Shown here one piece after another: positions 10,679 through 22,900 of a stretch of 64,000 nt of DNA. The position numbers and the translations under genes were made by a program. The notes under the pieces were generated by a model. It was not told the origin of the DNA. It saw only the letters and a program-made list of their open reading frames with translations, and searched no databases. The DNA is taken from IMG/VR virus record IMGVR_UViG_3300027741_000040, positions 31,800 to 95,799 of that record. One strand, written 5' to 3'. Source of the DNA: a virus. Each line of letters opens with the position of its first letter. Within the stretch, counting starts at the first letter, position 1.

Positions 10679-11193
10679 TGAAAGTTTGTAATTATACTAG
10701 TATTTTAAAGTGGTATGCTATTGAGAAAGAAGACACTATTCTGTATGGACAATTGAACTTTTGTCAAGAACTAGAGAGTTCTTCATCGATCATATTATTA
10801 GATAATGAAACTGATTTGTCGAATTATCTTAATAACTTCTATAAAGAATCTGATTGGTATGAAAAGAATAAATCTCAATTTCCAACTATGAAATATTCAG
10901 AAGAAGCTCTTTCTGAGCTAATTAATAGGGGGCCTCCTACTAAATATGGTTGGAGACTAAGCATGGATGACGACACCTCAAACAAACTCAATGTTTTACT
11001 ATTAGGTTCTTCATCAAAAGACAAAAATCAACCAGATCCAACGATCAATATAACAGATTCTAGCGGAGATCTTCATAGTGTTCCATTGTTGGATTTTATT
11101 CAATTAGTTTTTGAATACCAACAAACCCGCCCACTATTTATGAATGTGATCAAACAGCTGAGAGAATTGTCATCAAATACTGCTAATCCATAA
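10678..11193 (+). CDS. Hypothetical protein, possible fibre assembly chaperone
   Basis: TAATG coupling to the adhesin gene; function inferred from position only. Confidence 0.5.
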   Translation: MKVCNYTSILKWYAIEKEDTILYGQLNFCQELESSSSIILLDNETDLSNYLNNFYKESDWYEKNKSQFPTMKYSEEALSELINRGPPTKYGWRLSMDDDTSNKLNVLLLGSSSKDKNQPDPTINITDSSGDLHSVPLLDFIQLVFEYQQTRPLFMNVIKQLRELSSNTANP

Positions 11194-11213
11194 TAAATTC
11201 ATGCATAACTCAT

Positions 11214-11225
11214 TAGGTGTATAAT
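11214..11225 (+). promoter_or_regulatory. GGTGTAT motif (candidate phage promoter)
   Basis: TAGGTGTATAAT in a 55-nt intergenic gap, about 25 nt before ATG 11249; the motif recurs in four other intergenic gaps in sense orientation. Confidence 0.6.
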
Positions 11226-11248
11226 TTAATATCAAAAAGGTAACATTT

Positions 11249-12829
11249 ATGAATATAACTAGTCAATTTTTTTTATTACATTATATCGGCCATGATGCAT
11301 TAGACCTTATGCATATGCCTGCTAGTTTTGCTAATGATATTCAACTATCATCAGATTATTATAGTTTTATAAACGGAATTTCCACAATTTATGGTAGTCA
11401 AAATTCAGAAGGATCAGTTCCAGTATTTTGGACAGAATTATCTGGCTATAATAGACTACCAAGTCCTGATAGTACTCTTAGATCATTAATGCCCGATCAA
11501 AACTATTATGTTATTAGTCTCAACAATAATGTTCTGCCTTTAACTGTTCCTCCGGTCAATGGTAATCTTGAATGTATAGCTGATCCAAATAAAATAAAAC
11601 CATCTCCAACAATAGTATTTCCTAATTACGATAAACTATCAGCTGATATAATACTAGATGGAAGAAATAATAATTACGCTTATTTCTCTACTACTATTAC
11701 TGGTTTAATTCCAAAAGAAACCTATAAGTATGTTTTTACTGGAGTCGATTCAAATTGGCCATCATTCATCAGCCCAGTATCTGGTCTTTTAAAACCAAGT
11801 AAAACATCAGTAGATGTAGAGTCTGTTTTAACATTCTGTGCCACAAGCGGAGGATGCAACTCACAGGATGGACTGCTACCATACAGCTTAGATACTTCAG
11901 CAAACTATCAAAAGAATAATTATTTTTCAATTTTGTCTTTATCTGTTGAGCCCATATCATATACCGGAACTCAGCCCGTCTCAGAACAATTAACAGTAAG
12001 ATGCAAAGACTGCTTACCACAACCTCCAAGTTTACCAGTAATAACTATGCCATTATCGTCTTCGTCAAACGGTAACGGATCAGACATAACACTAACCGGC
12101 ATAAACAATAACTATTGCTATCTTAGTCCAAGAATTAGTGGATTAATCCCAGGAGAAAGCTATACATATACTGTTGATAGCTTAGCTGGTAATTGGCCTG
12201 TTGTTATTTATCCTAGTAGCGGAAGCATTAATCCTACCAAAGACTATTCTGATATAGAGATCGTAGCAGCATTTTGTGCCTCAACCGGAACCTGCCCGTC
12301 TGGAACAGATGGTTTATCGACCTATAAATTAGCATCGGATTTTAGTAGAGCATACGCCCATAATAATTATTTTACTTTGCTCAACGTTACAGTTCATCAA
12401 AATAGTTATCCATATAACACAATCAAAAGTGATCAAATTTCTATAAGATGCAGTAATTGCTTACCTAGTAATGCTGTGCTTTTAAGTTATCCAAACATTA
12501 GTTTTCCAACAGCATATCTTGAGTACGGATTGTCTTGCTGTTCCGGAAGTAAGTCTTTGGTGGTTAGTGTTGCTAACGCTGTTCCTGGAGACAAATACGC
12601 CTACTCATTTAATGCTCCAACCAATAAGATTACTTTTAGTCCTTCTAGTGGAGTAGCATATTTTGGTAGTAATGGAGCCGGTAATCTTAATACTATTATG
12701 ACCACTTCATTACAAGACGGGGATCAGTATGTGATCCAATGCTCATTGAATAATACAGTTTATGATATTCCAACAAATGACTTTTTAACAATTAAGTGCG
12801 GATCAGGATGTAATATTTACATTACTTAA
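11249..12829 (+). CDS. Cys-rich virion-type protein with internally repeated beta-rich domain
   Basis: Two clear copies (NNNY...GLIP.E.Y.Y....NWP..I.P.SG...FCA..G.C...NNYF..L...RC..CLP) plus a diverged third copy. Confidence 0.7.
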   Translation: MNITSQFFLLHYIGHDALDLMHMPASFANDIQLSSDYYSFINGISTIYGSQNSEGSVPVFWTELSGYNRLPSPDSTLRSLMPDQNYYVISLNNNVLPLTVPPVNGNLECIADPNKIKPSPTIVFPNYDKLSADIILDGRNNNYAYFSTTITGLIPKETYKYVFTGVDSNWPSFISPVSGLLKPSKTSVDVESVLTFCATSGGCNSQDGLLPYSLDTSANYQKNNYFSILSLSVEPISYTGTQPVSEQLTVRCKDCLPQPPSLPVITMPLSSSSNGNGSDITLTGINNNYCYLSPRISGLIPGESYTYTVDSLAGNWPVVIYPSSGSINPTKDYSDIEIVAAFCASTGTCPSGTDGLSTYKLASDFSRAYAHNNYFTLLNVTVHQNSYPYNTIKSDQISIRCSNCLPSNAVLLSYPNISFPTAYLEYGLSCCSGSKSLVVSVANAVPGDKYAYSFNAPTNKITFSPSSGVAYFGSNGAGNLNTIMTTSLQDGDQYVIQCSLNNTVYDIPTNDFLTIKCGSGCNIYIT

Positions 12830-12844
12830 GGACATATATGAAAT

Positions 12845-12985
12845 ATGATATCATTTCCATCAGGATCAATATCTGGAACTATTAATGGTAGTGTCTATAT
12901 AAACTGTTGTGGGTCTAATATAGATCTTAATCAACAATCTTATATTAATATTAATATGTCATCAGAAATAAAAGAACTTAAATAA
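12845..12985 (+). CDS. Small hypothetical protein (46 aa), below the ORF-track cutoff
   Basis: MISFPSGSISGTINGSVYINCCGSNIDLNQQSYININMSSEIKELK; fills the gap and ends 2 nt before ATG 12988. Confidence 0.5.
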   Translation: MISFPSGSISGTINGSVYINCCGSNIDLNQQSYININMSSEIKELK

Positions 12986-12987
12986 AT

Positions 12988-14928
12988 ATGGTATATTCTG
13001 ATCCATCCAATGATATACAGTTTTCTGCTTTGTCAGATACCGATAATCCAAGAGTAATTATATACTATAATAATAGTGGAATACATAAAATAGCTGGCCC
13101 AGTACCATTTATTAAATTTTCTGAATCTGCTAACTCATCAGAAAATGGTGAACTTTTTAGTTCAAAATTATCTATTACACTAGAAGGAAAAGTGGTTGAG
13201 ACAGGAATAAAAGGTGGGGTCAGTGGGATCATGGATAGACTTTCATCTCTTAGAAATTTATTTTATGGATCCGGCTATAGTAGTAGAAAATACTACAATA
13301 ATGCTCTTAAGATTACTTGTGATGGAGCCAACACTTTTGAGGTTAGTGGTTTAAAAATACTAAGCTTTAACGCTTCTCAGACTCCAGATAACTGGACATT
13401 ATCAGCAGGATATTCTGTTGATCTAGAAGCTCATATTCCCAGATTAAGTGGCAACCCATATATTAAATCAGCAAGTGAAGATTGGACAATAGAGCCTTTA
13501 GAAAATAGAGCATATTATCTTAATAATAAAGACGATAAAATAGAAGTTAGTGGTCGTCCAGAATACCATAACCCTAAGCTAGGAAATAGGGCTCCTCCAG
13601 GAACCAGCGGAGAACTAATAAGAGTATCATTGGTTGATTTACCACAATATAAAATTTCGCGTACGCTAAAGGCTGTGGGTTTTAGTAGTGGGATAGGCGA
13701 AGATTCCTCATTTCCTGCTTACGAGATGGCGCTATACTGGATTAAGTCACGAATTAATCTGGCTTATTCTGGGGCTGATACTGGTTATCCTCGCATGGAT
13801 TTTACTTATTTAAATGATACAAAATCGCCAAATAAATATTATCTATATAATCATCTGAGAAATACAAATTTTAGTGTTGATGCAGGGTCATATGAGGTAA
13901 ATGATACATGGTTGGCTCTTCCAACAGGAATACCATTTGTAGAAGACTATACTGTGGATTGTTCTACCGATAATAAAAATATTAAAACTGTACGAGTACA
14001 AGGAACAATCAAAGGATTAACATTAGCTGACACAAATTTTGAACAGGCAAGAGAACCAAAATACTTAAATCCAACTAGTGGTACTAATAATATTTCTTTA
14101 TATTCTGGAATGATAGTTGAGCCAAAAGGAATATATGGTTCTACAAATGGAATTGACACGATACAAAGGCTAAATGATTTTGATTATACATCTAGTTTGC
14201 ATGATATTAATAAACATAAATATTTAAATGCTTTAAGTGGATGGTTATATGATGTTAAGCCTTATTTATATCGTAGAGCTTGTATAGTTGTTGATTCTAT
14301 AGACCGAAATGAAAGCAATTATCCATACAATAAATATACTACTCCATATACAATTAGTAAGCCAAACCCAATATTTTCTCATGAAAGACTTCTAAATATT
14401 AATCCTGTAAGATATAATGAAGATCATGATCCAAGAAAAGGTTACATAAGCTATACTTGCGAATTTAGTAATAAATTTACATATTTAAGCGGAGTATTAT
14501 CAGAAACCATTAGAATAAATGATAATGGACCAGCAGATGTTATTAATGAAGCATTCGTTTTGGGAAGAAGACTAGGTCCAGCACTACAAAATTTAGGATC
14601 AAGAACATCGTCTAAAAAAGATCTTACTATCGAAGTAACAGTTATGCCTCCAATGACCATAGCAGGATTCGTTTTAAATAATAAAGAATGCCCACTATAT
14701 ACAGGAGGAACAATATATAGTGGAATTACTGGATTAATTGGTGAATTTAAACCTTTTTCATCAACAAGATCTAATAATTTATTTGGAGGAGCATCTGTTA
14801 ATACTAGCGGAACAGCATACTTATCGGCCGATTCATCTACCTGGGATCCTATACAAGGTAAATATACTCGAAATGTATCGTGGATTTATCAGCATTGTAA
14901 ATTGGTCTATAATAATTTAGATAGTTAA
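12988..14928 (+). CDS. Putative tail/baseplate structural protein, paralog A
   Basis: 646 aa; collinear similarity with the next gene (YNHLR, EDYT, KPYL.RRA, VINEAFVLGRRLGP, CPLY.GG, YQHC). Confidence 0.65.
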   Translation: MVYSDPSNDIQFSALSDTDNPRVIIYYNNSGIHKIAGPVPFIKFSESANSSENGELFSSKLSITLEGKVVETGIKGGVSGIMDRLSSLRNLFYGSGYSSRKYYNNALKITCDGANTFEVSGLKILSFNASQTPDNWTLSAGYSVDLEAHIPRLSGNPYIKSASEDWTIEPLENRAYYLNNKDDKIEVSGRPEYHNPKLGNRAPPGTSGELIRVSLVDLPQYKISRTLKAVGFSSGIGEDSSFPAYEMALYWIKSRINLAYSGADTGYPRMDFTYLNDTKSPNKYYLYNHLRNTNFSVDAGSYEVNDTWLALPTGIPFVEDYTVDCSTDNKNIKTVRVQGTIKGLTLADTNFEQAREPKYLNPTSGTNNISLYSGMIVEPKGIYGSTNGIDTIQRLNDFDYTSSLHDINKHKYLNALSGWLYDVKPYLYRRACIVVDSIDRNESNYPYNKYTTPYTISKPNPIFSHERLLNINPVRYNEDHDPRKGYISYTCEFSNKFTYLSGVLSETIRINDNGPADVINEAFVLGRRLGPALQNLGSRTSSKKDLTIEVTVMPPMTIAGFVLNNKECPLYTGGTIYSGITGLIGEFKPFSSTRSNNLFGGASVNTSGTAYLSADSSTWDPIQGKYTRNVSWIYQHCKLVYNNLDS

Positions 14929-14940
14929 TAGGTGTATGTA
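14929..14940 (+). promoter_or_regulatory. GGTGTAT motif (candidate phage promoter)
   Basis: TAGGTGTATGTA in the 44-nt gap between the two paralogs. Confidence 0.55.
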
Positions 14941-14972
14941 CTAGTATCTCAGGACCACTATATGGATAATCT

Positions 14973-16979
14973 ATGGTATATATTGACCCAAATATAGATA
15001 ATAATTTTACAATACTAAATGAGAATCCACTAGACAGGAATGTTAGAATATCATACAATGGAAAAGATATTCATGATATTACTTCTGGAAATGTTCCATT
15101 AATTAGTATTAAGGAAAACTCTAACACTACAGCTAACGGCTATTTGTATAGTTCAACTGTTGGAATAACATTAAATGGTAAAATATTAACACCATTTGCC
15201 GGAACTACCGGAATTTTAGGATGTATTAAAGCATTGAGGAATTTATTTTTGGGAACAGGCAATAATGATATGAATAACCAATATAATGGATATCTTAAAA
15301 TATCTTGTGGCAATGCAATAGGAGAAAGCAACCCTGGTATATTCAACGCTACTGGAGTAAGATTAATTAATTTATCTATAGATGAAAGTGGAGATAATTG
15401 GACTCAAGGAGCTGATTATACTGTTGATTTGGAATATAATGTTGCCAGAAGTTTTGATAAAAATGGCAAAGAGTATTATGTCAAATCAACTGTTGATAGT
15501 TGGACTATCGAACCTTTAGAAGACTATGCTTATTATTCCATGACCGGTATTAAAGCCCCCTACTCCTCTAGTGTTTCAGATATAAATATGGCTCAAGAAT
15601 ATCATAATCCAAGACTTGCGCCAGATGCAGCTAATGAGTCTAGTCCCCAACCTGGTACAAATATACTACCTAATCTATATTTAAAAATAGAGAATATTCC
15701 ACAATACAGAGTCGCTAGAAAGTTAAGTGCAATAGGACTACCAAGTAATAGTGGATTAAGTGGAACATTTCCGGCCTATCAGAATGCTCAAAAATGGGTA
15801 CTAGATAGAATAAATCTTGCGCAAGATAGTGGGGGTTTTCCAATTCATATTAGTTTAGAGGAATCAAGCAACGACCCAAAAAATTTCCTATATAATCATT
15901 TGAGAACTATAAATTTTAGTATTTATGATGGGTCTTATGAAATTAATGAATCTTGGTTAGCTATGCCAATTAATATCGGATATATTGAGGATTATACGAT
16001 ATCTGTAGGTACCGAAGAAGGACATACCAAAACAGTAAAAGTACAAGGAGAAATTAAAGGACTTATAAAAGCAAATAATCATTTTACATCTGGAGTATCG
16101 GGAACCGTTCCATTAAGTGGAACTAACAGCATTCAGCTTAATGAAATCATGACATTAAAACCAGAAAAGAGCGGCGTTAGCTATATAATACCAGATGCTT
16201 CTAAGACCGATGGAAGTTTAAATACCGGCATGTCAGGATCCATTAATACTAAACTATATGATGTTAAATATTATAATGCTAGAGACGCTTGGCTAAATGA
16301 TATTAAACCATATCTCTTTAGAAGAGCAAATATAGTTATGAACTCTATTGATAGAGACAGAAAATACGTAGACTATAGACCAATTCCTAGACCCATACCA
16401 AACAATCCTCTTTATTGTTATGATAGACCACTAAATGTTAATCCAATATCAACATCAGAGACTCATGATGCAAGAAAGGGGACAATAAATTATAGTTGTG
16501 AATATAGTAATAGATTTAAGTATTTCCCAAATACTCTTCATGAAAATATTGTCATATCAGATACTAATCCTGTTAGTGTTATTAATGAGGCGTTTGTTTT
16601 AGGAAGAAGGCTTGGTCCAGTACTACAGGATCTTGGCACAGTAACTACTTCTAGAAAAGAAATTAGTTTGGAAGTTTTTGTTGTTCCTCCAACATCTATT
16701 CAGGGATTTTTTATGAGTCATCCTGATTGTCCATTATATATTGGAGGAGAATTATATACTGGTATTAGTGGTATATTTAATCAGCTAAAGCCCTTTGGAG
16801 ATAGACCAACTGATATTTTTGGATCATTGGGAGAAAGATCCCCTTTAATTGGAGATGAAGGAAATATATATGTTGCTAATGATACTCATTCTTGGGAGCC
16901 TACTGATGGAGTATATAGAAGAAATATGACGTGGACCTATCAGCACTGTCTCCCTATAACCAAGACACTGGATCAATAA
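14973..16979 (+). CDS. Putative tail/baseplate structural protein, paralog B
   Basis: 668 aa; shares the motifs listed for 12988..14928. Confidence 0.65.
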   Translation: MVYIDPNIDNNFTILNENPLDRNVRISYNGKDIHDITSGNVPLISIKENSNTTANGYLYSSTVGITLNGKILTPFAGTTGILGCIKALRNLFLGTGNNDMNNQYNGYLKISCGNAIGESNPGIFNATGVRLINLSIDESGDNWTQGADYTVDLEYNVARSFDKNGKEYYVKSTVDSWTIEPLEDYAYYSMTGIKAPYSSSVSDINMAQEYHNPRLAPDAANESSPQPGTNILPNLYLKIENIPQYRVARKLSAIGLPSNSGLSGTFPAYQNAQKWVLDRINLAQDSGGFPIHISLEESSNDPKNFLYNHLRTINFSIYDGSYEINESWLAMPINIGYIEDYTISVGTEEGHTKTVKVQGEIKGLIKANNHFTSGVSGTVPLSGTNSIQLNEIMTLKPEKSGVSYIIPDASKTDGSLNTGMSGSINTKLYDVKYYNARDAWLNDIKPYLFRRANIVMNSIDRDRKYVDYRPIPRPIPNNPLYCYDRPLNVNPISTSETHDARKGTINYSCEYSNRFKYFPNTLHENIVISDTNPVSVINEAFVLGRRLGPVLQDLGTVTTSRKEISLEVFVVPPTSIQGFFMSHPDCPLYIGGELYTGISGIFNQLKPFGDRPTDIFGSLGERSPLIGDEGNIYVANDTHSWEPTDGVYRRNMTWTYQHCLPITKTLDQ

Positions 16980-16981
16980 TT

Positions 16982-19900
16982 ATGCCATCAAAATCTTGTT
17001 CTGAGAATCAACAAAAAATTATCGGACAAACACTATTCTTAGGAGCTAGTGTTGCTAATTTTAATAATAGTATAGGCTGGGGATCTTCGCCTTCTCAGTT
17101 AACGATTAATCTTGTCGATGACAGTCCGGTACTAGGCAGCGATACAGCCAAAGCTTGTGGTGGTACCATGGTAAAAATGTATCCTGATTTAGTTGAAGGA
17201 TTTGATACTAATAATCACTACTATACTACTACTGGAAATGCTTTGTATGAAGCCTTACAACCAGACGGAAGTGCCTTACAGTACGATCCTAATAAACATG
17301 ACGTATCCGAAAGAATGGTCGCAGGTAAAATTTACCATAGATTAAGTAATACTAGTGATTTGTTTTATTCTAAGTATTGGCTATATAGCGATCCTGGTTT
17401 TTTTGGAGAAAAGACCATACTAACACCAGCTTGGGCAAATCAGGCTATGGGAGTAAATAGTTCTGGTAATTTTAATCAATATGGAACAACAGGATTTGTT
17501 ACTGATGCTAGTAAATTTGTAAAATATGATATTATTGATACCCCGGTATATTTTAAAATGGGAGATTTTAGTTTTTGTGGATTAGTTCAGTCTTGGCAAA
17601 CTAGCTTATCAAATAGTGGAAAAGGATACTCTGTCACAATCAATAGTATGCAGTCTTTGCTTAATTCCTGTTATATTATTCTAGATAAATTTGCAGGATC
17701 AATATTTGCAAAAAAAACAGAAAGTACTTATGGAGGATCTCCAAAAAACTATTTAGGAATATCAAATGTTAATTATACTGGAACAATATCAGAAGGAAAT
17801 ATTCCAAATGTATTTAATGTATATGGATTTTTAGAATCATTTGGTTTTGATAATTTCGGTGTTGCTCGAAGAAATGAAAGAGGTGTTCAGGTAAATAAAA
17901 TTTTAGATGCTTTATCGGTTTTAACATCTAGTATCAATGATATTACTGGTTTTAATAATCTGAACAATACACAAGGAGCAGTTAAACCATGGAATGATTT
18001 TGCACATAAGCACATATTCTCTCCATATGGTCGCATTATTGCTAAACATATGCAAGTTGATAGGAGCGATGATTCTGGAATAAACCCATATGATGGTATT
18101 AATCCAAACTTTGATTCTTTTGGAGTTATACCTCCAACAGTATCAATGTTTAATAGCAACGACTATAAGTGTCAATTTACTCTTGATCTTAGTGAAATTC
18201 CAAAACTTCCGGACTCTTTTAGAGTGTCAGAACCTGTAATGAGTATTATGTCTCTATTAAATTTGATTGGGGAGCAAATTGGACACGACATATTTATTGA
18301 GGCCGGTCCCGTCTACTATGAAGAAGCCCGTAAGTACTTTAATGTTATTAAGGTTAAAACCATATCTAGATTAGGTCAACCAAGAAATAATATAATAGAA
18401 AATACTATTAATAAATTAGCTTGTAAAAAATTTAGTATTTCGAATTATACTTTGGGCAAAGAAAAAAATGATAGTCCAAATAGAAGTATGATTATTGGAG
18501 CTAATCAACAAAGACTTTATCAGGCTAAGAGTTATAGACTAGGATATACACAAAGTAATTTTATACTAAATCCTAGCAATGGAGAAATAATTAATTATCA
18601 GCACCTTGGACGTATCTCCTCAAGCAATAACAACATAGTAGTTGGTACTAAATATTATCATCATGGAAAAATTAAATTCCCTAATTTTTTGAGTACCAGA
18701 AATCCTAAACTTATTACGTATTATGGAGTAAGGCCAGAAGGAAGCGGCTATGTTCCGACCGGTATACTAGCCGAAGAGCAAGAGATAGTTGGGAGTTTTG
18801 ATGGTTACGATCCTAGTTGGGACGACACTAACGAAACTTCTCCTAGTCTCGTTACAAATGCCTCTAGACCATCTGGAAATTATTTAGAAACCGAGATAAT
18901 TAAACAGACAGGAATAGAACAGAACGCAACATGGAATAATGAAACAAATCAAAGATGGATACCAATATATGCTGATGTTATCTGTCCCTTTTTTGGTTAT
19001 GTCTATGATGAGGAATTAACTATCAAGCCTAGTGATAATAATGACTTTAGACAAATTCGACCAGTATGGTTCGATAGCTGGACAGGGCAGTCGTGTGTAG
19101 TAGTCAGAATTTCTGAACTTCCAGAAGTATCTGTCGAACTATCCACTGGATATTACGTTACAAGTAGCCAAAGATGTGCTACTAGTGGTTCTACTTCCAA
19201 TCCCACAACTCCTATAATCCCCACTTGGTCTCCCGCAACAGGAAAACAAACCATTTTTATAGGAGGAGGGCTAACAGGAGTAAGTCCCATACCAAAAACC
19301 CAATGCTATACAGAATTTGGTGACCCAACAAGCTATGAGATTAAATATATAATAATATCTGAATCAGAAATAAGGGCAGCATTAGCTGGTTTTGATAATT
19401 TTTTAGTATATGAATTAGCAAAATATTATAAGCCAGATTTAATTGAAACTTTAAGACTATCTTACTTTAGTAAAATTAGAGATCGATTGATAGCTTTAGG
19501 ACATAGCGAAACGGAGGCTAATGATGGAGCAACCCAAAAAACTAATTGGTATTGGAATATTACTTCTTCAAATATTGCTAATGATGAATTAAAACCAGGA
19601 TTTATGGCCCCAGATAAAAATCAAGGAAGCTCTTATATACCAGAAGATGCTTTAAAAGATTTACAAATTTTGCATAAGTTTGTTGCTGAAATTGGAAAAT
19701 ATTATGGTAAAAAATATATGGTCACAGCTCCAAAATTAGCTTCGTATAAAGATGATGAAGCCGATTTAATTCTTCCAACGGTTGCTGGTAATGCGTACGT
19801 ATTTCAAGGAGACGGCAATTTTTACTATAATTATGAGCCAACTAATGATGGTGCCTGGGAAGAATATGGAAATTTTATTGATGATAGTATTGTTGTAGGA

Positions 19901-22900
19901 GGTACTCATTGGTATGCTTTGAGCGACAACGGAGGAAAAATCAAACCCATTATAGGATATAATGCCAGCTCATACTTTGACTATTTAAGATTTAGTATGT
20001 GTCAATTGAGCCAAAGTGGTCTAGAGAATATTCGTAGGGGAGGTAGATTCGAACCCATGTGGGATTGGGAAGGCTATTTATTGTTAATGGAAAAATATAG
20101 TATAACTTGTAATCATAAAGACTTTATCTTCCCAAGTTTAGATTACTCAACGTTAGCGTCTGATCAATATGTATTAGCAACAGGCTATGAGAGACTAGGA
20201 ACCGTTCCCGCAGTTCAGTCAATAAATGATGTTTGGACTAGTCTTTCTCCTCCTACAAAAATTCCGGCATATAATGCTTTTGGGTATCCTATCACGGATC
20301 AGACTGGAACTAAAATGCCTCCCTCAGGATCTGCTTCCGTAGCATATAAGCAAAAGCTATATTTAAATACGTCAGTTGAAGACAAATTTATTTATTTGAA
20401 TCCAGAAAAATTAGCTTCTCCAAAATTTTTAATAGATTCTCCGGGAGTTTATCTTAATCATTCATCTTCGGAATATGCTCAAGATCCTAATAGAACCGTA
20501 ATAGCCAATGTTACTATAGAAGATTTATTAGTATATATGAAGACAACTCCCCCATCAGAAAGAGATACTGATTGGATGAGATATATGCTTAATTATACTA
20601 TGCCAATCAATAAATTTACTGAAACATCATCAACGGATGCTCTTGGATCATACGGATCGTCTAACAATCAATCTTCATTAAGAATAGAGATAGCACCAAA
20701 AGCAGCCCATCCAATGTTTGCTGGTATTCCTATCAAATCCAATCAGTTTTGTTATGGTCCCTGGATTAATAATCCTTACTCAGAATATCTAAATTTTCCA
20801 GATACACTATTCCCTAGTGGACACTATTTTAGTTGCTCAGGAGATCCTGTTACTGGTGACACTACTCTTGTTAGTGGAGATTTTAATATAGATCTTAATC
20901 ACGCCAAGAGTGGATGTAATAATTGGATAGGAACAACAGAAGTAGAGGTTATAGAAGAGATGGCTCCGTGGATATACGGAGGAGCATCTCAGTTAGATAA
21001 TGCTGCGTTTAGGCATATAGCCACCAAAATTAATTATCAGTCAATTATAGAAACTGCACAAGTAGATATGCCGGGACTTCCGTTATTTAGCTTAGGAGGA
21101 GTTTTTAATGAAGAAAATGCCGGTGTTGGATCATCTGGATATTATAAAGCAACAGGAATAGACTATCAATATAGTGATATTAAATATAAAAACGATCTTG
21201 TTTTTAATATGAGTGGCTTTACACGTCCTAGTGTTATTATTAATCCAATTAGTAATACAGGAATAAATACGTCAAAATTTAAAATCTTAAATGCCATTTC
21301 TCCATATGCTGTTACTAAGGGACCCATTATTACTAATATTCAAACTAGTGTTGGTCAAGGAGGTATCACTACCACATATACTTTTAGAACATATAGCAGA
21401 AAGCTGGGTTTATTTAATAAAGAACAAAACGATATTATTAAGAAAAATACTTTGGCTCGTTTTAAAATGAATAAGCAGATGTCAGATATTGGTCGTCAAT
21501 CTGCCAATAATCTTATTCAACAACGAGACTTTATGGATAAACAACGACTAGAACAGAGTATGAATTTTAATACTGAGGGATTTAGATCTAAATTATTTGG
21601 TACTAGTCCATCAACAGTATTCATAGGAAGATCGATGCCTTTTATTGAAGAGCCCAAAAGAACTCCTAAAATATTAGTAGATTATACAAAATACAGTAAC
21701 CCAGGAGATTTAGCGACCAAACCAGGAACTGTTTCAGGATGGTCCGGAGTACTCGGTCCAGACCCCGCGTCTACAGAAAGGATAACAGCCACCCCAGAGA
21801 CTGATACAGAAGCTATTAATAAATTAAGTTTACAAGGACGATACAAGACATCGGTTGGTCTATATGAAAGAAAAGAAGCAGACTCTGAATTAAATAAGCA
21901 ATTTGGTCTTAATTCTGCTATGAGTTTGGACGGTCTTTTATCTCCAATATCTTTCTATCCAACTCTTAGAAATTCTACTTTTGCCTATTCTTTATATGAT
22001 ATTTCAACTTGTCCATTTTGTAATGGAACTAAAAAAAGATCAATAGAATACAAACAGTATCAAAAAGATGGGACGCGCACTACAGTAAAGAAAGATATTT
22101 TTTGTGATAAGTGCTCAACGCTTAATAATAAACTTAATGCTACATTAACAGCAAAAAAAGATAGCAAGAGTATAGAGAAAGTGCCGCCATATATAATATC
22201 TAGTGGTACTGATATGAATACCTTATTAAACATGGACTCCAACTCTGTTCCAATGGCGTCGTCAATACCTCCTATTAATTTAATTACTCTTAATCCTATT
22301 GTTATTAGTTATGGAGAATTTAAAAATTCTAATTCTCAAAATTATTGTGGTGCTCATCCTGATGGTGTTCATGATGATCTTACATCACAATCTGATGGAT
22401 TTAAAACGGTTCAAGGTAGTGGACGACCATTCATAGACAGACTTCGTCATTCTATTGAGATAGTTGGAAGAGGGGCGATACCTCCAGGATCATACGATTA
22501 TGCTTTAGAGAGCAGTAAAAATTTTACTAAATTTAATAAACATCCAACAGGATTAGATAAAAATAATTTAGACTATTATAATAAAGATATTATGGTAAAG
22601 TTTTATAGAGATAAACTTGAACCAAGTACGACTGGAATTATTCCAGAAATGAACTATCGATTTTTTGCTTTACGAGGACCGTTAACTATGCATGGTTGGG
22701 GATATGATACCGAAGGATATCCTGTTCCTAATGCTGCGGACGAACCATATGCTGTTGATGAGTACGGAAGACCAAAAAGATTCAAACAAAAAATTATTAA
22801 CTTAGGTTCTATAAAATATGGTAGACTATTAGAAGGAGATCCATTTAAACTTATTGGCGGCACAGATGACAATTTTTATACTAAAACTTTTAATAAAGAA

